DNA of 64,000 nucleotides from an uncultured Gammaproteobacteria bacterium (GCA_963824045.1 CAWGNW010000019.1:73108-137107), one strand, 5' to 3'; counted from the first letter of the stretch, positions 39,722 to 49,796 are shown. The notes: generated from the letters alone by a model not told the origin. Program-made: numbers and translations.

Positions 39722-40239
39722 TGAAACTGGCTGCGCGATTGCTGCTGTGCTGCCTGTTGCTGCCGGTCGCCGGCAGCCTGACGCAGGCGGGTCAGAGCCT
39801 GACGCCGCTCCCGGGTGCCGTGCCGGCACCTGACTTTGCGCTGCCGGATACGGAAGGCCGGCTGCACCGCCTGTCGGATTATCGTGGCAAGACGGTCATT
39901 GTCAACTTCTGGGCTACCTGGTGCCCGCCCTGCCGGGAAGAGATCCCGTCCATGAACCGCGCCTGGCAACAGCTGCGGCAGGAAGATGTGGTTATGCTGG
40001 CGATCAACATGGGCGAGGACGAGGACACGATCTTCGTGTTCACTGCGGATTACCCGGCGGAGTTTCCGCTGCTGCTGGATCGCGATGGCGCGGTGACTGC
40101 CCAATGGCCGGTGAAGGGACTGCCAACGACCTACGTTGTCGCCCCGGACGGCAGTATTGCGTATCGCGCCATCGGTGGTCGTGCCTGGGATGACAGTGAA
40201 ATCCTTGATACCCTGCGGGCGCTGCAGAGACAGCGCTAG
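39721..40239 (+). CDS. TlpA-family periplasmic thiol:disulfide oxidoreductase
   Basis: Signal peptide plus the thioredoxin motif NFWATWCPPCREEIP. Confidence 0.85.
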   Translation: MKLAARLLLCCLLLPVAGSLTQAGQSLTPLPGAVPAPDFALPDTEGRLHRLSDYRGKTVIVNFWATWCPPCREEIPSMNRAWQQLRQEDVVMLAINMGEDEDTIFVFTADYPAEFPLLLDRDGAVTAQWPVKGLPTTYVVAPDGSIAYRAIGGRAWDDSEILDTLRALQRQR

Positions 40240-40390
40240 GAGGCCGGATGTATTGTGTCACTGTGTCAGGGGTGTGTGCAATGTGTGACATGGCAGCCCG
40301 GCCTCCCGCGCTGTCGAGACCAGTATCACCCTGCATGTCAAATCAATCCGGGAACCCTGTCACGCTTCCGGGGATCGTGGTAATCAACCG

Positions 40391-41890
40391 CTAGCGCGGC
40401 AGCAGATTCTCCACCCAGCTCTCGCTGGCGAGACGGGTCAGTTCCAGCACGCCGTTCGGGAACAGTCCGCCCGCCAGTATCAGTGTTCCCAGCACCAGCA
40501 TGATCGCGAGTTCGCGCCTGCGCAGGTCGACGGCCTCGATCACGGCCGTGTTATGCATGGGCCCGAGGAAGGCGCGGCGAAACATGCCAAGGAACCAGGC
40601 GGCGCCCAGAATTATGCCGGCCAGGGCCGCAAGCCCCGCGCCGGTGTGGGTGTCCAGCGCGCTCAGGATCAGCAGAAACTCGGCCGGAAAACCGCTGGTC
40701 CCCGGGACCCCCATGCCGGCGAGCCCGAACAGGAAAAAGCCGGCGGAGAGCAGTGGCATCCGCTGCGCCACACCGCCGAGACTGACGACGTCTGTCGAGC
40801 CCACGCGGTGATGCAGGAAACCGGACAGCAGGAAAATTCCGCCGGCCACGATGGTGAAATTCAGCAGCTGGAACAACGCCCCCTGGATACCCTGCAGGGT
40901 GAAGGCGGAGATACCCAGCAGCACCAGCCCGACATGGCTCAGACTCGAAAAGGCCAGCATGCGGCGCAGGTTGGTCTGGCTGAGCGCCATCAGGGCGCCA
41001 TAGAGGATACCGACAACGCCCAGGCCGGCAAGCAGCCAGTGGAATTCCTGCGCCGCGGCGGGCGCCAGCGGCACCGTGAAACGGATCAGGCCGTACGCGC
41101 CCAGCTTCAGGCCGGTCATGATGGCCGCGATGGCAGCGGGTCCCTCCATCGCGACCGTCGGCAGCCAGGTATGCAACGGGAATACCGGGGCCTTGACGGC
41201 AAAGCCGAGCAGCAGGAGGAAAAAAACGGCAGTCTGCAGTTCCGCGGGCAGGGGGGCGGCAAGCAGTTCCGGATAGGAGAATACCAGCGTGTCTGTCATG
41301 GCCCCGCCGCTTGTGCCGGCGTGGTTGAAGCCCAGCAGCAGGAAGCCAAACAGCAGCGGCACGCCGCCGGTCAGCATCATCAGGGTGTACTTGACCGCGG
41401 CATAGCGGCGGTGCGGTCCGATTCCCCAGAGGCTGATCAGGAAAAAGGTCGGGACCAGCGTCAGCTCCCAGAACAGGAAGAACAGGATGGTGTCCAGCGC
41501 ACAGAAGATGCCCAGCGTTGCGCTTTCCAGAATCAGCAGCAGGCTGAAGTAGAGCCGCGGCAGGGAGCGCACGCTGGTCCACGAGGCGAGGATGACACCG
41601 ATGAACAGCAGCACGGTCAGCGGCAGAAACAGCACGGACATGCCGTCCACGCCGATCAGGTACTTGATGTTCAGGGAGGGAATCCAGGTATGCTGCTCGA
41701 CAAACTGGAAGTCGCCGGATGCATGGTCGAAGCGGACCACGATCAGCAGCGTGAATGCCAGGTCGAGCAGCGCCGTCAGCAGGGCAATCCAGCGAGCCCG
41801 GGCCGGATTCGGCGCCAGCCAGATCAGCCCGGCCCCGAGCGGCAGGGTCATGATCACCAGGCTCAGCAGCGGATATCCGGGTTCAGGCAT
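40391..41890 (-). CDS. complex I subunit M/MrpD-like antiporter-type membrane protein (fifth gene of the DAB-like operon)
   Basis: 499 aa, polytopic, with a PF00361-type pattern (...FFLFWELTLVPTFFLI..., ...VKAPVFPLHTWLP...). Confidence 0.8.
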   Translation of the reverse strand: MPEPGYPLLSLVIMTLPLGAGLIWLAPNPARARWIALLTALLDLAFTLLIVVRFDHASGDFQFVEQHTWIPSLNIKYLIGVDGMSVLFLPLTVLLFIGVILASWTSVRSLPRLYFSLLLILESATLGIFCALDTILFFLFWELTLVPTFFLISLWGIGPHRRYAAVKYTLMMLTGGVPLLFGFLLLGFNHAGTSGGAMTDTLVFSYPELLAAPLPAELQTAVFFLLLLGFAVKAPVFPLHTWLPTVAMEGPAAIAAIMTGLKLGAYGLIRFTVPLAPAAAQEFHWLLAGLGVVGILYGALMALSQTNLRRMLAFSSLSHVGLVLLGISAFTLQGIQGALFQLLNFTIVAGGIFLLSGFLHHRVGSTDVVSLGGVAQRMPLLSAGFFLFGLAGMGVPGTSGFPAEFLLILSALDTHTGAGLAALAGIILGAAWFLGMFRRAFLGPMHNTAVIEAVDLRRRELAIMLVLGTLILAGGLFPNGVLELTRLASESWVENLLPR

Positions 41891-41911
41891 AAGCCGTTTC
41901 CATTCCTGTCA

Positions 41912-43459
41912 TCATTGCGCGGCAGCGGGTATGCCGCCGTTATGCAGCGTGCCGGCGTACAACTCCGCCAGCCCGTCAAAGGAATGCCCCAGCAGGGCAA
42001 GCCAGGGCTGTGAGTAGAAGCCTGTTCCCAGCAGGACCAGTATGATCAGCCCCGCGATGACGCGTTCCCTGCGCGTCGGTGGTTCGATTTCAATAGCGGA
42101 CTCGCTCTCCGGTCGTGGCGCCAGGAAAGCCCGCTGGAAGGCCCGCAGCAGGAAGGCGGCTGCAGCGACGTTGCCGAGGGCCGCGGCAATGGTGACCATG
42201 GCGCCGAATTCCTGGATTGCGGCTTCCAGCACCAGGTGCACGGCGTCGAAGCCGGGCGTACCCGGCATGCCGATGATGGACAGTCCCGCCACCAGAAACG
42301 CGGTTCCGATGACAGGAAGATGCCCAAACAGCCCGCCGAGGCGCGGCATGATGAGGGTGCGTGTGCGACGGTATACGAAGCCCGACATGAACAGCAGCCC
42401 CGCAGTGGCGGTGCCGAAGCTGGTGGACAGCAGGATGCTGCCCTGCAGCGCGGTCTGGCTGAGGCTGAACAGGCCGATCACCAGCAGGCTGGTATGGCTG
42501 ATGACGGCAAAGGCCAGCAGCCGCCGCAGGTTGTCCTGCATCAGCGCCAGTGTCGCCGCATAAAAAATTCCGGCAAGGGCAAAGGCCGCTACCCAGACAT
42601 GCCAGCGCAAGATCGCCTCCGGCAGCAGCGGAAACACGAAGCGTACCAGCGCATACACGCCGGTCTTCAGCCCCAGCAGAAAGACGCCGGCCACGGCTAC
42701 GGTCCCGTGCTCAGCAACCAGGGGCAGCCAGCCGTGCAGGGGAAACAGCGGAATGCGAATCCCCAGACCGTAGAACAGCAGGAAAAAGATCACGCTCTGG
42801 ATTTCCAGCGGCACGGCCTGCTGCGTCAGCTCATGCAGGTCAAAACTCCATTGCCCGCCGCTGGCATTGGCGTAGTTCCAGCCCAGCATGAAGGTGCCGG
42901 CCAGCAGCAGCAACAGGCCGATGCCCATGAACTGCAGGTAGCGCCGCATGGCTGATTCATCCTGCGGGGCCTTGGCCAGGCGCAGCAACAGGTAGGCGAT
43001 CAGGCCGAGTTCCACGGCAGACAGCAGGGTAAACCACAGCAGGTCCCGGGTCACGAACATGCCCTGCAGCGTGGCCTGGATGGCGAATGCCGGGGCCAGG
43101 AAGGCGCGGGAATTCTCCAGCCGCTTCACCTTTGCGTACAGTACAACCAGCAGCGATATTATCGCCGTCAACAGTATGAACAGCACGCTCATGCCGTCCA
43201 CGGCGGCGTGGTAATCCGGAAAGAACAGCAGCGGCAGGCGTTCGGCGAGCTGCAGGGAACTGCTCGTGGCATCGAACAACCGGAACAGGTCGCCGGCAAG
43301 CAGGAGTTCCAGCAGCGCCATCCCGACGGCAGCAGGATATAGCAGTCGCCTGCCACGCAACAGCAGCAGCACGACGACCGCCGCCAGCGGCAGCAGCTGC
43401 AGGGTGGCCAGTACCGGGTAGGCTGACTGTACCGTCCAGTGAATCTCGTTCATGCCCAT
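41912..43459 (-). CDS. complex I subunit M/N-like antiporter-type membrane protein (fourth gene)
   Basis: 515 aa, polytopic. ...GIRIPLFPLHGWLP... 1-nt gap to the upstream gene. Confidence 0.8.
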   Translation of the reverse strand: MGMNEIHWTVQSAYPVLATLQLLPLAAVVVLLLLRGRRLLYPAAVGMALLELLLAGDLFRLFDATSSSLQLAERLPLLFFPDYHAAVDGMSVLFILLTAIISLLVVLYAKVKRLENSRAFLAPAFAIQATLQGMFVTRDLLWFTLLSAVELGLIAYLLLRLAKAPQDESAMRRYLQFMGIGLLLLLAGTFMLGWNYANASGGQWSFDLHELTQQAVPLEIQSVIFFLLFYGLGIRIPLFPLHGWLPLVAEHGTVAVAGVFLLGLKTGVYALVRFVFPLLPEAILRWHVWVAAFALAGIFYAATLALMQDNLRRLLAFAVISHTSLLVIGLFSLSQTALQGSILLSTSFGTATAGLLFMSGFVYRRTRTLIMPRLGGLFGHLPVIGTAFLVAGLSIIGMPGTPGFDAVHLVLEAAIQEFGAMVTIAAALGNVAAAAFLLRAFQRAFLAPRPESESAIEIEPPTRRERVIAGLIILVLLGTGFYSQPWLALLGHSFDGLAELYAGTLHNGGIPAAAQ

Positions 43460-43460
43460 G

Positions 43461-45032
43461 TCACAGGATCACGATAAAGGTGATGACGATGAGCAGGATC
43501 AGGTAGCGGGGCTCGCTCAGCAGCACATCGATCCTGGCCAGAACCGCGCCGAGCCGTTGCACCAGGGTGAAAATCCCGACATCGCCGCCTTGCAGCACCA
43601 GGTGTTCCTCGAACCAGTGCAGCAGGGCGGCGACCGTTTCCAGCAGGTGGCCGATGGCCCCGCGGCCATGGCCGATATCGCCGCTGTCGCCGACCACCCG
43701 GCCGGTCCGCCCGTGGTGGAAGGCTTCCCACTGTGCCAGCGAGGATACCGCGCTGGCCGAGCCCGGCAGGCCTACCAGCCGGTTCACCACCTGCTGATCA
43801 AATGCCTCTATGTCCTGCGCCAGCTGACGGGTCGGCCGGACCAGCAGCCAGTCCGCCAGGTTGTCCAGCCAGAAGCGTTGCAGTGCCGCGGTATACAGCC
43901 ACTTGCGGTGTTGCAGCCAGCCGGGTACAGGACGTGACGGACTGCCTTCCGTCAGATGCATCAGCGCGGGGGCGCTGAGAAACTGGTAGGCGCGCCATGC
44001 GGCGTGTGCCGCCAGGTGCCAGGCCGCGAATGTGAACCAGCCCAGACCGCAGGCCAGGAACATCAGGCCGGTTTGACCGATGGTTGCGAATATCAGGGCG
44101 CTCTTGACGTCCGTCTGCACCAGGCCGGCAAGAAATCCGTACAGTGCCGTGGCACCGCCAAGCAGCACCAGGGTCAGCATCAGCACCGGGATCTGCTGCA
44201 GCAGCGGTTCCAGTCTTATGACCAGGTAGACCCCGGCATGCACCATGAGGGCGCCGTAGAACACCGCACTGGAAGGGGTCGGTCCCTCCAGTGCCCGGGT
44301 TATCCACGGGGTGAAGGGAAGCTGCGCCGATTTGACCAGTGCCGCGAGCAGGAAGCTCGCCGCGATCAGTCCGACCTGCAGCATTTCCAGGTCATTGCCG
44401 CGGGCGAGGATGTCCGGCCATTCCACGCTGTGTATCCAGAACAGGGACAGCGACAGCGCGGTGATGAAGCCCGCGTCACCGATACGGTTGGTGACGAAGG
44501 CGCGGCCGGCATTCACGCCTGCCACCGGGCGATCCAGTGCAAACGCGATCAGCAGGCAGGAACTGACACCGGCCAGTTCCCAGCCAATGAAGGTAAGCAT
44601 GGCATTGCCGGCCAGCACGATCAGCAGCATGGCGGACATGAACAGGCACAGCAGCATGAAGAACCGCTGGAAGCCGGCTTCGCGATGCAGGTAATTGACC
44701 GAAAATCGCAGTGTCAGCAGGGAAATCAGCGCCACCAGCGTGGCAAGCGACAGCCCCAGTGCATCCAGGTTGAACGACAGCCGTATGACATAGTCACCGC
44801 TGTGCAGCCAGATGCCATGGCTGACCTGGCCGGGTACCCCCTGCTGCAGGGCGAGTACGTCGATCGCCAGCAGCAACAGCAGCGCCAGTGCCGCGGCGCT
44901 ACTGGCAAGTCCGGCGGTGAAACCTTCCCCGGACTCACCCCGGTTCCGGCCGGAAATGTACCCGAGGCCGATGCCGGCAGCCGCCAGCAGCGGCAGCGCG
45001 GGGATCAGCCAGGCGAGGCTAGTCATGGTCAC
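43461..45032 (-). CDS. dabB: NuoL/MrpA-like membrane subunit, DabB-type partner of DabA
   Basis: 523 aa. The NuoL-type N-terminus is ...LTFIGWELAGVSSCLLIAF...AFVTNRIGDAGF... Its start overlaps the DabA stop by 14 nt. Confidence 0.8.
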   Translation of the reverse strand: MTMTSLAWLIPALPLLAAAGIGLGYISGRNRGESGEGFTAGLASSAAALALLLLLAIDVLALQQGVPGQVSHGIWLHSGDYVIRLSFNLDALGLSLATLVALISLLTLRFSVNYLHREAGFQRFFMLLCLFMSAMLLIVLAGNAMLTFIGWELAGVSSCLLIAFALDRPVAGVNAGRAFVTNRIGDAGFITALSLSLFWIHSVEWPDILARGNDLEMLQVGLIAASFLLAALVKSAQLPFTPWITRALEGPTPSSAVFYGALMVHAGVYLVIRLEPLLQQIPVLMLTLVLLGGATALYGFLAGLVQTDVKSALIFATIGQTGLMFLACGLGWFTFAAWHLAAHAAWRAYQFLSAPALMHLTEGSPSRPVPGWLQHRKWLYTAALQRFWLDNLADWLLVRPTRQLAQDIEAFDQQVVNRLVGLPGSASAVSSLAQWEAFHHGRTGRVVGDSGDIGHGRGAIGHLLETVAALLHWFEEHLVLQGGDVGIFTLVQRLGAVLARIDVLLSEPRYLILLIVITFIVIL

Positions 45033-48000
45033 CCCCGGTTTCGATCAGGGCAGGCGACAACGGCCCCGTGTGTCCCCGGTACCAGTCGGATGAGCGGTTC
45101 ACCACGGGCAGCGCGGAGAGCTCGCCCTGCCAGGGGATGAAACCGCTGCCCGGCCTGAAGACATGAATGGCCGCACTGCGCGGGTCCCTGGCTGCCAGCA
45201 GCACCCAGCCGTTACCGATGAGTTCCTGCAGCGGCGGCTGACGTTCGTAGATCCGGGTGAGGACCCCGGTGCTGGCTTCGACCACGAGCTGCAGGCGCAT
45301 CGCCTCGTGGATCTCGATCATCTGCTTCGGCAGTCCCGTGCGCAGATCGGAGCCGGTGCCTTCCATGACGCCGAACAGACCCGTGACATTGTGGGTGATC
45401 TTGGTGCCGCAGCCATACTGCTCGTTGTTAACCGTGGAAAAGTAGTACTCCAGGCTGATGCCGGCACCGACCGGGCCGACGGCCAGCAGGATCTGCTCCA
45501 GGACTTCACCTTCCGGGTCCTCGGCAGGGTCGTAGGAAATCAGGAACATGCGGCGGTCGAGGAAAGCGCCCCGGGTTACGGAGCGCCGGCCGATGAGGGC
45601 GGCGGCATTGTTGGCATGACCCAGCTCCGGGCGTGCCTGGCTGAAGTCGAAGGCGCGGCCGATGATGTGGCGCAGGGCGCGTTGTGGTGTCGGGTTTGCG
45701 GGCGCGGACGCCAGCCGCCGCGCGCGCTCCTGTGCCGAGCCGGACATGGCGCTATCGAGATCCCGGCGTAGCTGCGCCAGGGCAGGTGCCTGCGACTGCG
45801 GCAGGGCTGCCGCGTCGTACCAGGTGATGGCTTCGTCGCAGGTATTGTGTTCCGCGCCAAGGAACCAGGTGTCGGACGGGATCTCGCAGCCGCGCGCCTT
45901 CAGCGCGGCGCGGACTTCCGGCCGGTTGGCCATGGCGGCGAAAACCCGCGCGTTCGGTCCGCCGTGGCGGCCGCTGCAGGCGCCGCAGTCATAGGCCGCC
46001 AGGTGCGGGTTGTTCTGGCTGCGGGAACCATGCCCCATGATCACCACCAGTGGCGCGAAGCCGGACAGCAGGCCAATGCTGCGCAGGAAACCGTGCACCT
46101 GCTCGACCTGTTCGGCCCCGGTGAAGCCGAGGCGGGGATGTTCCGGCGTGGCCGGGGTGTCGTCCTTGCTGGTAAGTGTCAGGCAGGTCGGGATTTCGGT
46201 TTCATAGCTGCGGCGCAGCCTTTCCGCCAGCCGACCCATTTGCAGGGGCGCCAGCACCTTCGCAACCAGTACCGCCAGTGTTGCCGGTGCCGCCAGCAGG
46301 ATCAGCAGGCCGGAGGCCAGCAGGTTGCGCCGGGTTTCCTGGTGCAGCAGGCCTTTCACGGCGAGGCGCCTGCGGCGCCGCGCGCTGTGCCGTGTGGCAG
46401 GCGCCGTCTGCCCGGGAGCGGCCTGCTCGCGGATTTCGTGGGACGGGGTCACCACGACCGGGCACAGCGGAGTCACCTCGCGGTCGTCCAGGCCGCGCCA
46501 GAAGATCGGTACCCCGAAGAAGCCGGCGGCGCCCAGGGTTTCGATCCGCGGATTGTGTTCTTCCAGGTGCCGGCGAAAGGCTTCCTCTCGGTCATCCATG
46601 CAGAACACCACCTGGGTCTCCGGGCGGCTGCTGCGGGTCTCCCAGCGCCCGCGCCCCTGGTTATTTACCAGGGCATTGAACAGCTGGTCGCGATAGTGGT
46701 TTTCATAGGCCTGCAGCCAGAGGAAACCCGATCGCTCCGCGTCAAGCTGGTCGAGACAGGCGAATACCCGGTGCTGGGTGGCACGATCCTGGCCGCGCAG
46801 GTCTGCACCGCACAGGCCCAGGTGCTGCGCCAGGCGAAACAGTCGCCAGCCGTGGTCATAGACGCTGAAGCCGCCGGGGCCGTGGCTGGTGACGCTGTGG
46901 TGCCAGGTGATGATCATGTGGGCGAGGTGCAGCCATTGCGCCGGGTCACTGCCGCACAGGCTGGAACAGTTGAGCAGGCGCTGGGCGAGGGTCACCAGGT
47001 ACTCCGGCAGGTGCCGGTTGTACACCATGTAGCGCACCAGGAACTCGGCGTGGTTGTGACGAAAGAACCAGCGTATGACGTCAAGGCTTGCCTCGATCAT
47101 CCACAGGCGGCGGCACAGGCGCTGCGCGAACAGGTGTTCCAGCACCAGGCGTACCGCCAGGTAGTCCGCCATGTCGACCCGTATCCGGTCGAGCCCGGCA
47201 TAGCCCGGGTGCCGTTGCCGCCACAGGAACATTCCCGACCAGCCGGGCAGTTCCAGCGCCAGGCGTTCCAGGTAGGCTTCCCATTGTTCCGCGGGCAGGC
47301 CCAGCCACTGGAGCTCGATGACGATGGTGTCCAGCGGGTCGTCCGGCAGGGCGCCGATGTCGTCCTGCCAGTCGGGTAAATCGTCGAACACCCAGGCCAG
47401 GTCCTGCATGGCGCTCTCTCGCCAGACGCTGTAAAAGCCGCGCTGCCGCTGCGGTGAAGTCCAGGCCGCAACCCCCTGGTCCAGGAAGGCACCGACATGG
47501 CGGATGAGCAGCGGTCGCATCGCGTCCATCAGGTCTTCGCCGGTCACCACCCGGAGCAGACCGGCCAGGGTCAGTTGTCCCCCGGTCTGCGTGAACAATT
47601 CATCCAGCAGGGTCCCCGCCTCGCGGTCGACCAGACGGTCCATCAGCAGCTGGCCGGTCCCGCTGTCTTCTTTTTCCGCAATGACCTGTGACAACAGCGC
47701 TTCGGCCTTTTCCGGAGGCAGGTCCAGCATTTCCTCCGGATGCAGCAGGTAGTGATCCAGTCCCAGCGCCTGCAGGCAGGCGGTCCACAGGTCGTTGATT
47801 GCGCCCGGCTCGTCGGGCTGTCCCTGTTGCCGTGCGGACTGCAGCAGCCGGGCACGACTGGCCGCGTCCACGTCCGGCTGGAACGCAGTCAGGGCAGCGC
47901 CTTCCTCGATCTGCCAGTTCAGCTGGCAGCCGGTTACCGTTCCGATCGGGTGCAGCAGCGCGGTCAGCTGGACATTGCGCCGCGTTATGGCCGTGCCGGC

Positions 48001-48318
48001 CGCGGTGGTGAACAGGACTTCCCCGGCCTGCAGGGCAGGGTCGGCGTCGAGGACCTGTTCGAGATCCGCCTGCGTAACACGTCCGTTGCGGTAGCAGTCG
48101 CGGAATTCTTCCGCCGGCAGGTAGCCGTAGGCACCGGTCACCCGGTGTGCCTGCGCGACGGCCTCGGGAAACGGCAGGTGCTGGAATCCGTGCAGGGTGT
48201 TGTGGTGTACGAAATCGCGGATAGCGGCCTGCCCGGGCAGGACGTGCTCAAAGTGTGCGATCGCCGCCCGCAGGCGCGCGTGCCTGTCCGGTAACGCTGA
48301 CTGCTGTGTGTCCGCCAT
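45019..48318 (-). CDS. dabA: DUF2309/DabA-family inorganic carbon transporter subunit (beta-carbonic-anhydrase-like)
   Basis: 1099 aa. The N-terminal ...IRDFVHHNTLHGFQHLPF... is family-typical. Putative Zn ligands lie in VVFCMDDREE and MGHGSRSQNNPHLAAYDCGACSG. Confidence 0.85.
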   Translation of the reverse strand: MADTQQSALPDRHARLRAAIAHFEHVLPGQAAIRDFVHHNTLHGFQHLPFPEAVAQAHRVTGAYGYLPAEEFRDCYRNGRVTQADLEQVLDADPALQAGEVLFTTAAGTAITRRNVQLTALLHPIGTVTGCQLNWQIEEGAALTAFQPDVDAASRARLLQSARQQGQPDEPGAINDLWTACLQALGLDHYLLHPEEMLDLPPEKAEALLSQVIAEKEDSGTGQLLMDRLVDREAGTLLDELFTQTGGQLTLAGLLRVVTGEDLMDAMRPLLIRHVGAFLDQGVAAWTSPQRQRGFYSVWRESAMQDLAWVFDDLPDWQDDIGALPDDPLDTIVIELQWLGLPAEQWEAYLERLALELPGWSGMFLWRQRHPGYAGLDRIRVDMADYLAVRLVLEHLFAQRLCRRLWMIEASLDVIRWFFRHNHAEFLVRYMVYNRHLPEYLVTLAQRLLNCSSLCGSDPAQWLHLAHMIITWHHSVTSHGPGGFSVYDHGWRLFRLAQHLGLCGADLRGQDRATQHRVFACLDQLDAERSGFLWLQAYENHYRDQLFNALVNNQGRGRWETRSSRPETQVVFCMDDREEAFRRHLEEHNPRIETLGAAGFFGVPIFWRGLDDREVTPLCPVVVTPSHEIREQAAPGQTAPATRHSARRRRRLAVKGLLHQETRRNLLASGLLILLAAPATLAVLVAKVLAPLQMGRLAERLRRSYETEIPTCLTLTSKDDTPATPEHPRLGFTGAEQVEQVHGFLRSIGLLSGFAPLVVIMGHGSRSQNNPHLAAYDCGACSGRHGGPNARVFAAMANRPEVRAALKARGCEIPSDTWFLGAEHNTCDEAITWYDAAALPQSQAPALAQLRRDLDSAMSGSAQERARRLASAPANPTPQRALRHIIGRAFDFSQARPELGHANNAAALIGRRSVTRGAFLDRRMFLISYDPAEDPEGEVLEQILLAVGPVGAGISLEYYFSTVNNEQYGCGTKITHNVTGLFGVMEGTGSDLRTGLPKQMIEIHEAMRLQLVVEASTGVLTRIYERQPPLQELIGNGWVLLAARDPRSAAIHVFRPGSGFIPWQGELSALPVVNRSSDWYRGHTGPLSPALIETGGDHD

Positions 48319-48323
48319 GCAGG

Positions 48324-49796
48324 TCAGCTCCCGGGGATGCCGCCGAGGGCGGTGCTCAACCGCGTGATGGAAACCGCCATCAGGTCAAGCACCGGCCGCG
48401 GAATGATACCCAGCAGCACGATCCCGGCGGCGAGCACGCCCGCTGCCGTCAGTTCCAGCGGCTGCAGATCCTGGATATCGCGCATGCGGCTGTGCACCGG
48501 ACCGGTAAACAGCCGGCCGATGGTGCGCACCGAGTAGGCTGCCGTAATCAGCATGCCGATGCTCACCAGCAGGATAAGCCAGCCCCAGACCTCGTAGGTG
48601 CCGATGATCGTATGCAGTTCCGCGATGAAGCCTGCCGTACCCGGAATGGCCATACCCGCAAGCAGCGCCAGCGAAGTGAAGAAGGCGAAGCGCGGCGTGA
48701 CCTGCATCAGCGAACTGTAGTCATTCACGTCGCGCGTATGGGTGCGTTCGTAAAGCAGTCCGATCAGCAGGAACAGGGCGCCTGCAACCAGACCATGCGC
48801 CAGCATTTGCATCAGTGCCCCGGTGAGACCGGCGATGTTGAGCGTTGCGATTCCCAGCAACACGATCCCCATGTGGCTGATCGAGGAATACGCGATCATT
48901 GCCTTCAGATCGGTCTGGCGCCAGGCCAGCATACCGCCGTAGATCAGGCTGAACAGGGCCAGTCCGGCAAGCAGCGGCTGCAGCGCCTGGATGGCCTCCG
49001 GCAGCAGGGTGGAGGCACGAATCAGCCCGTAGCAACCCATTTTCAGCAGGATGCCGGAGAGCAGTATGGAGATCGGGCTGGGTGCCTCGACATGCGCCAG
49101 TGGCAGCCAGCCATGCAGCGGGAAAACGGGCATCTTCACGCCGAAACCCAGCAGAAAACCGAGAAACAGCATCACCTGGGTTTGTGCCGGCAGTGACCGG
49201 GCGCCGCTCGCCATGGAGGCCATGGCGAAGGAGTGTCCGGGCGTGAGATCAAAAAGCACCAGCAGGCTGATCAGCATGAATACCGAACCGCCCATCGTGT
49301 AGAGCACGAAATTCAGCGCTGCCTGGTGGCGCCGCCGTCCGCCCCAGCCGCCGATGAGAAAGAACAGTGGTATCAGGGTCAGTTCCCAGAGCAGGTAGAA
49401 CAGGGTCCAGTCCTGGGCCATGAACACGCCGAGCATGGCGGTTTCCAGCAGCAGTACCAGGGTGAAATACCATTTGACGCGGTCGCGCATGCCGGCCGAG
49501 GCAAGAATCGCGATGAAGCACAACAGGGTAGCCAGCAGGACCAGCGGAAAGGAAATACCGTCGATGCCGAGGGAGAAGGATGTACCCAGGTGGGGATTCC
49601 ACGGGGTCTCCTCGACGAATTGCAATGCCGCGGTGCCAGTGTCAAAGAGGGTCAGCAATCCCCACGAATAGCACAGGGCTGCCGCGGCGGCGCACAGGGC
49701 GATCGTGCGTATGGCGCGCGTGAGATGTGCAGGCAGCAGCGCGATCACGAGGGCGCCGACCGCAGGCAGCAGCAATAGCGATGTCAGCAGGTGCAT
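48324..49796 (-). CDS. complex I subunit M/MrpD-like antiporter-type membrane protein (first gene of the DAB-like operon)
   Basis: 490 aa, polytopic. ...LFYLLWELTLIPLFFLI..., ...VKMPVFPLHGWLP... 5-nt gap to dabA. Confidence 0.8.
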   Translation of the reverse strand: MHLLTSLLLLPAVGALVIALLPAHLTRAIRTIALCAAAAALCYSWGLLTLFDTGTAALQFVEETPWNPHLGTSFSLGIDGISFPLVLLATLLCFIAILASAGMRDRVKWYFTLVLLLETAMLGVFMAQDWTLFYLLWELTLIPLFFLIGGWGGRRRHQAALNFVLYTMGGSVFMLISLLVLFDLTPGHSFAMASMASGARSLPAQTQVMLFLGFLLGFGVKMPVFPLHGWLPLAHVEAPSPISILLSGILLKMGCYGLIRASTLLPEAIQALQPLLAGLALFSLIYGGMLAWRQTDLKAMIAYSSISHMGIVLLGIATLNIAGLTGALMQMLAHGLVAGALFLLIGLLYERTHTRDVNDYSSLMQVTPRFAFFTSLALLAGMAIPGTAGFIAELHTIIGTYEVWGWLILLVSIGMLITAAYSVRTIGRLFTGPVHSRMRDIQDLQPLELTAAGVLAAGIVLLGIIPRPVLDLMAVSITRLSTALGGIPGS

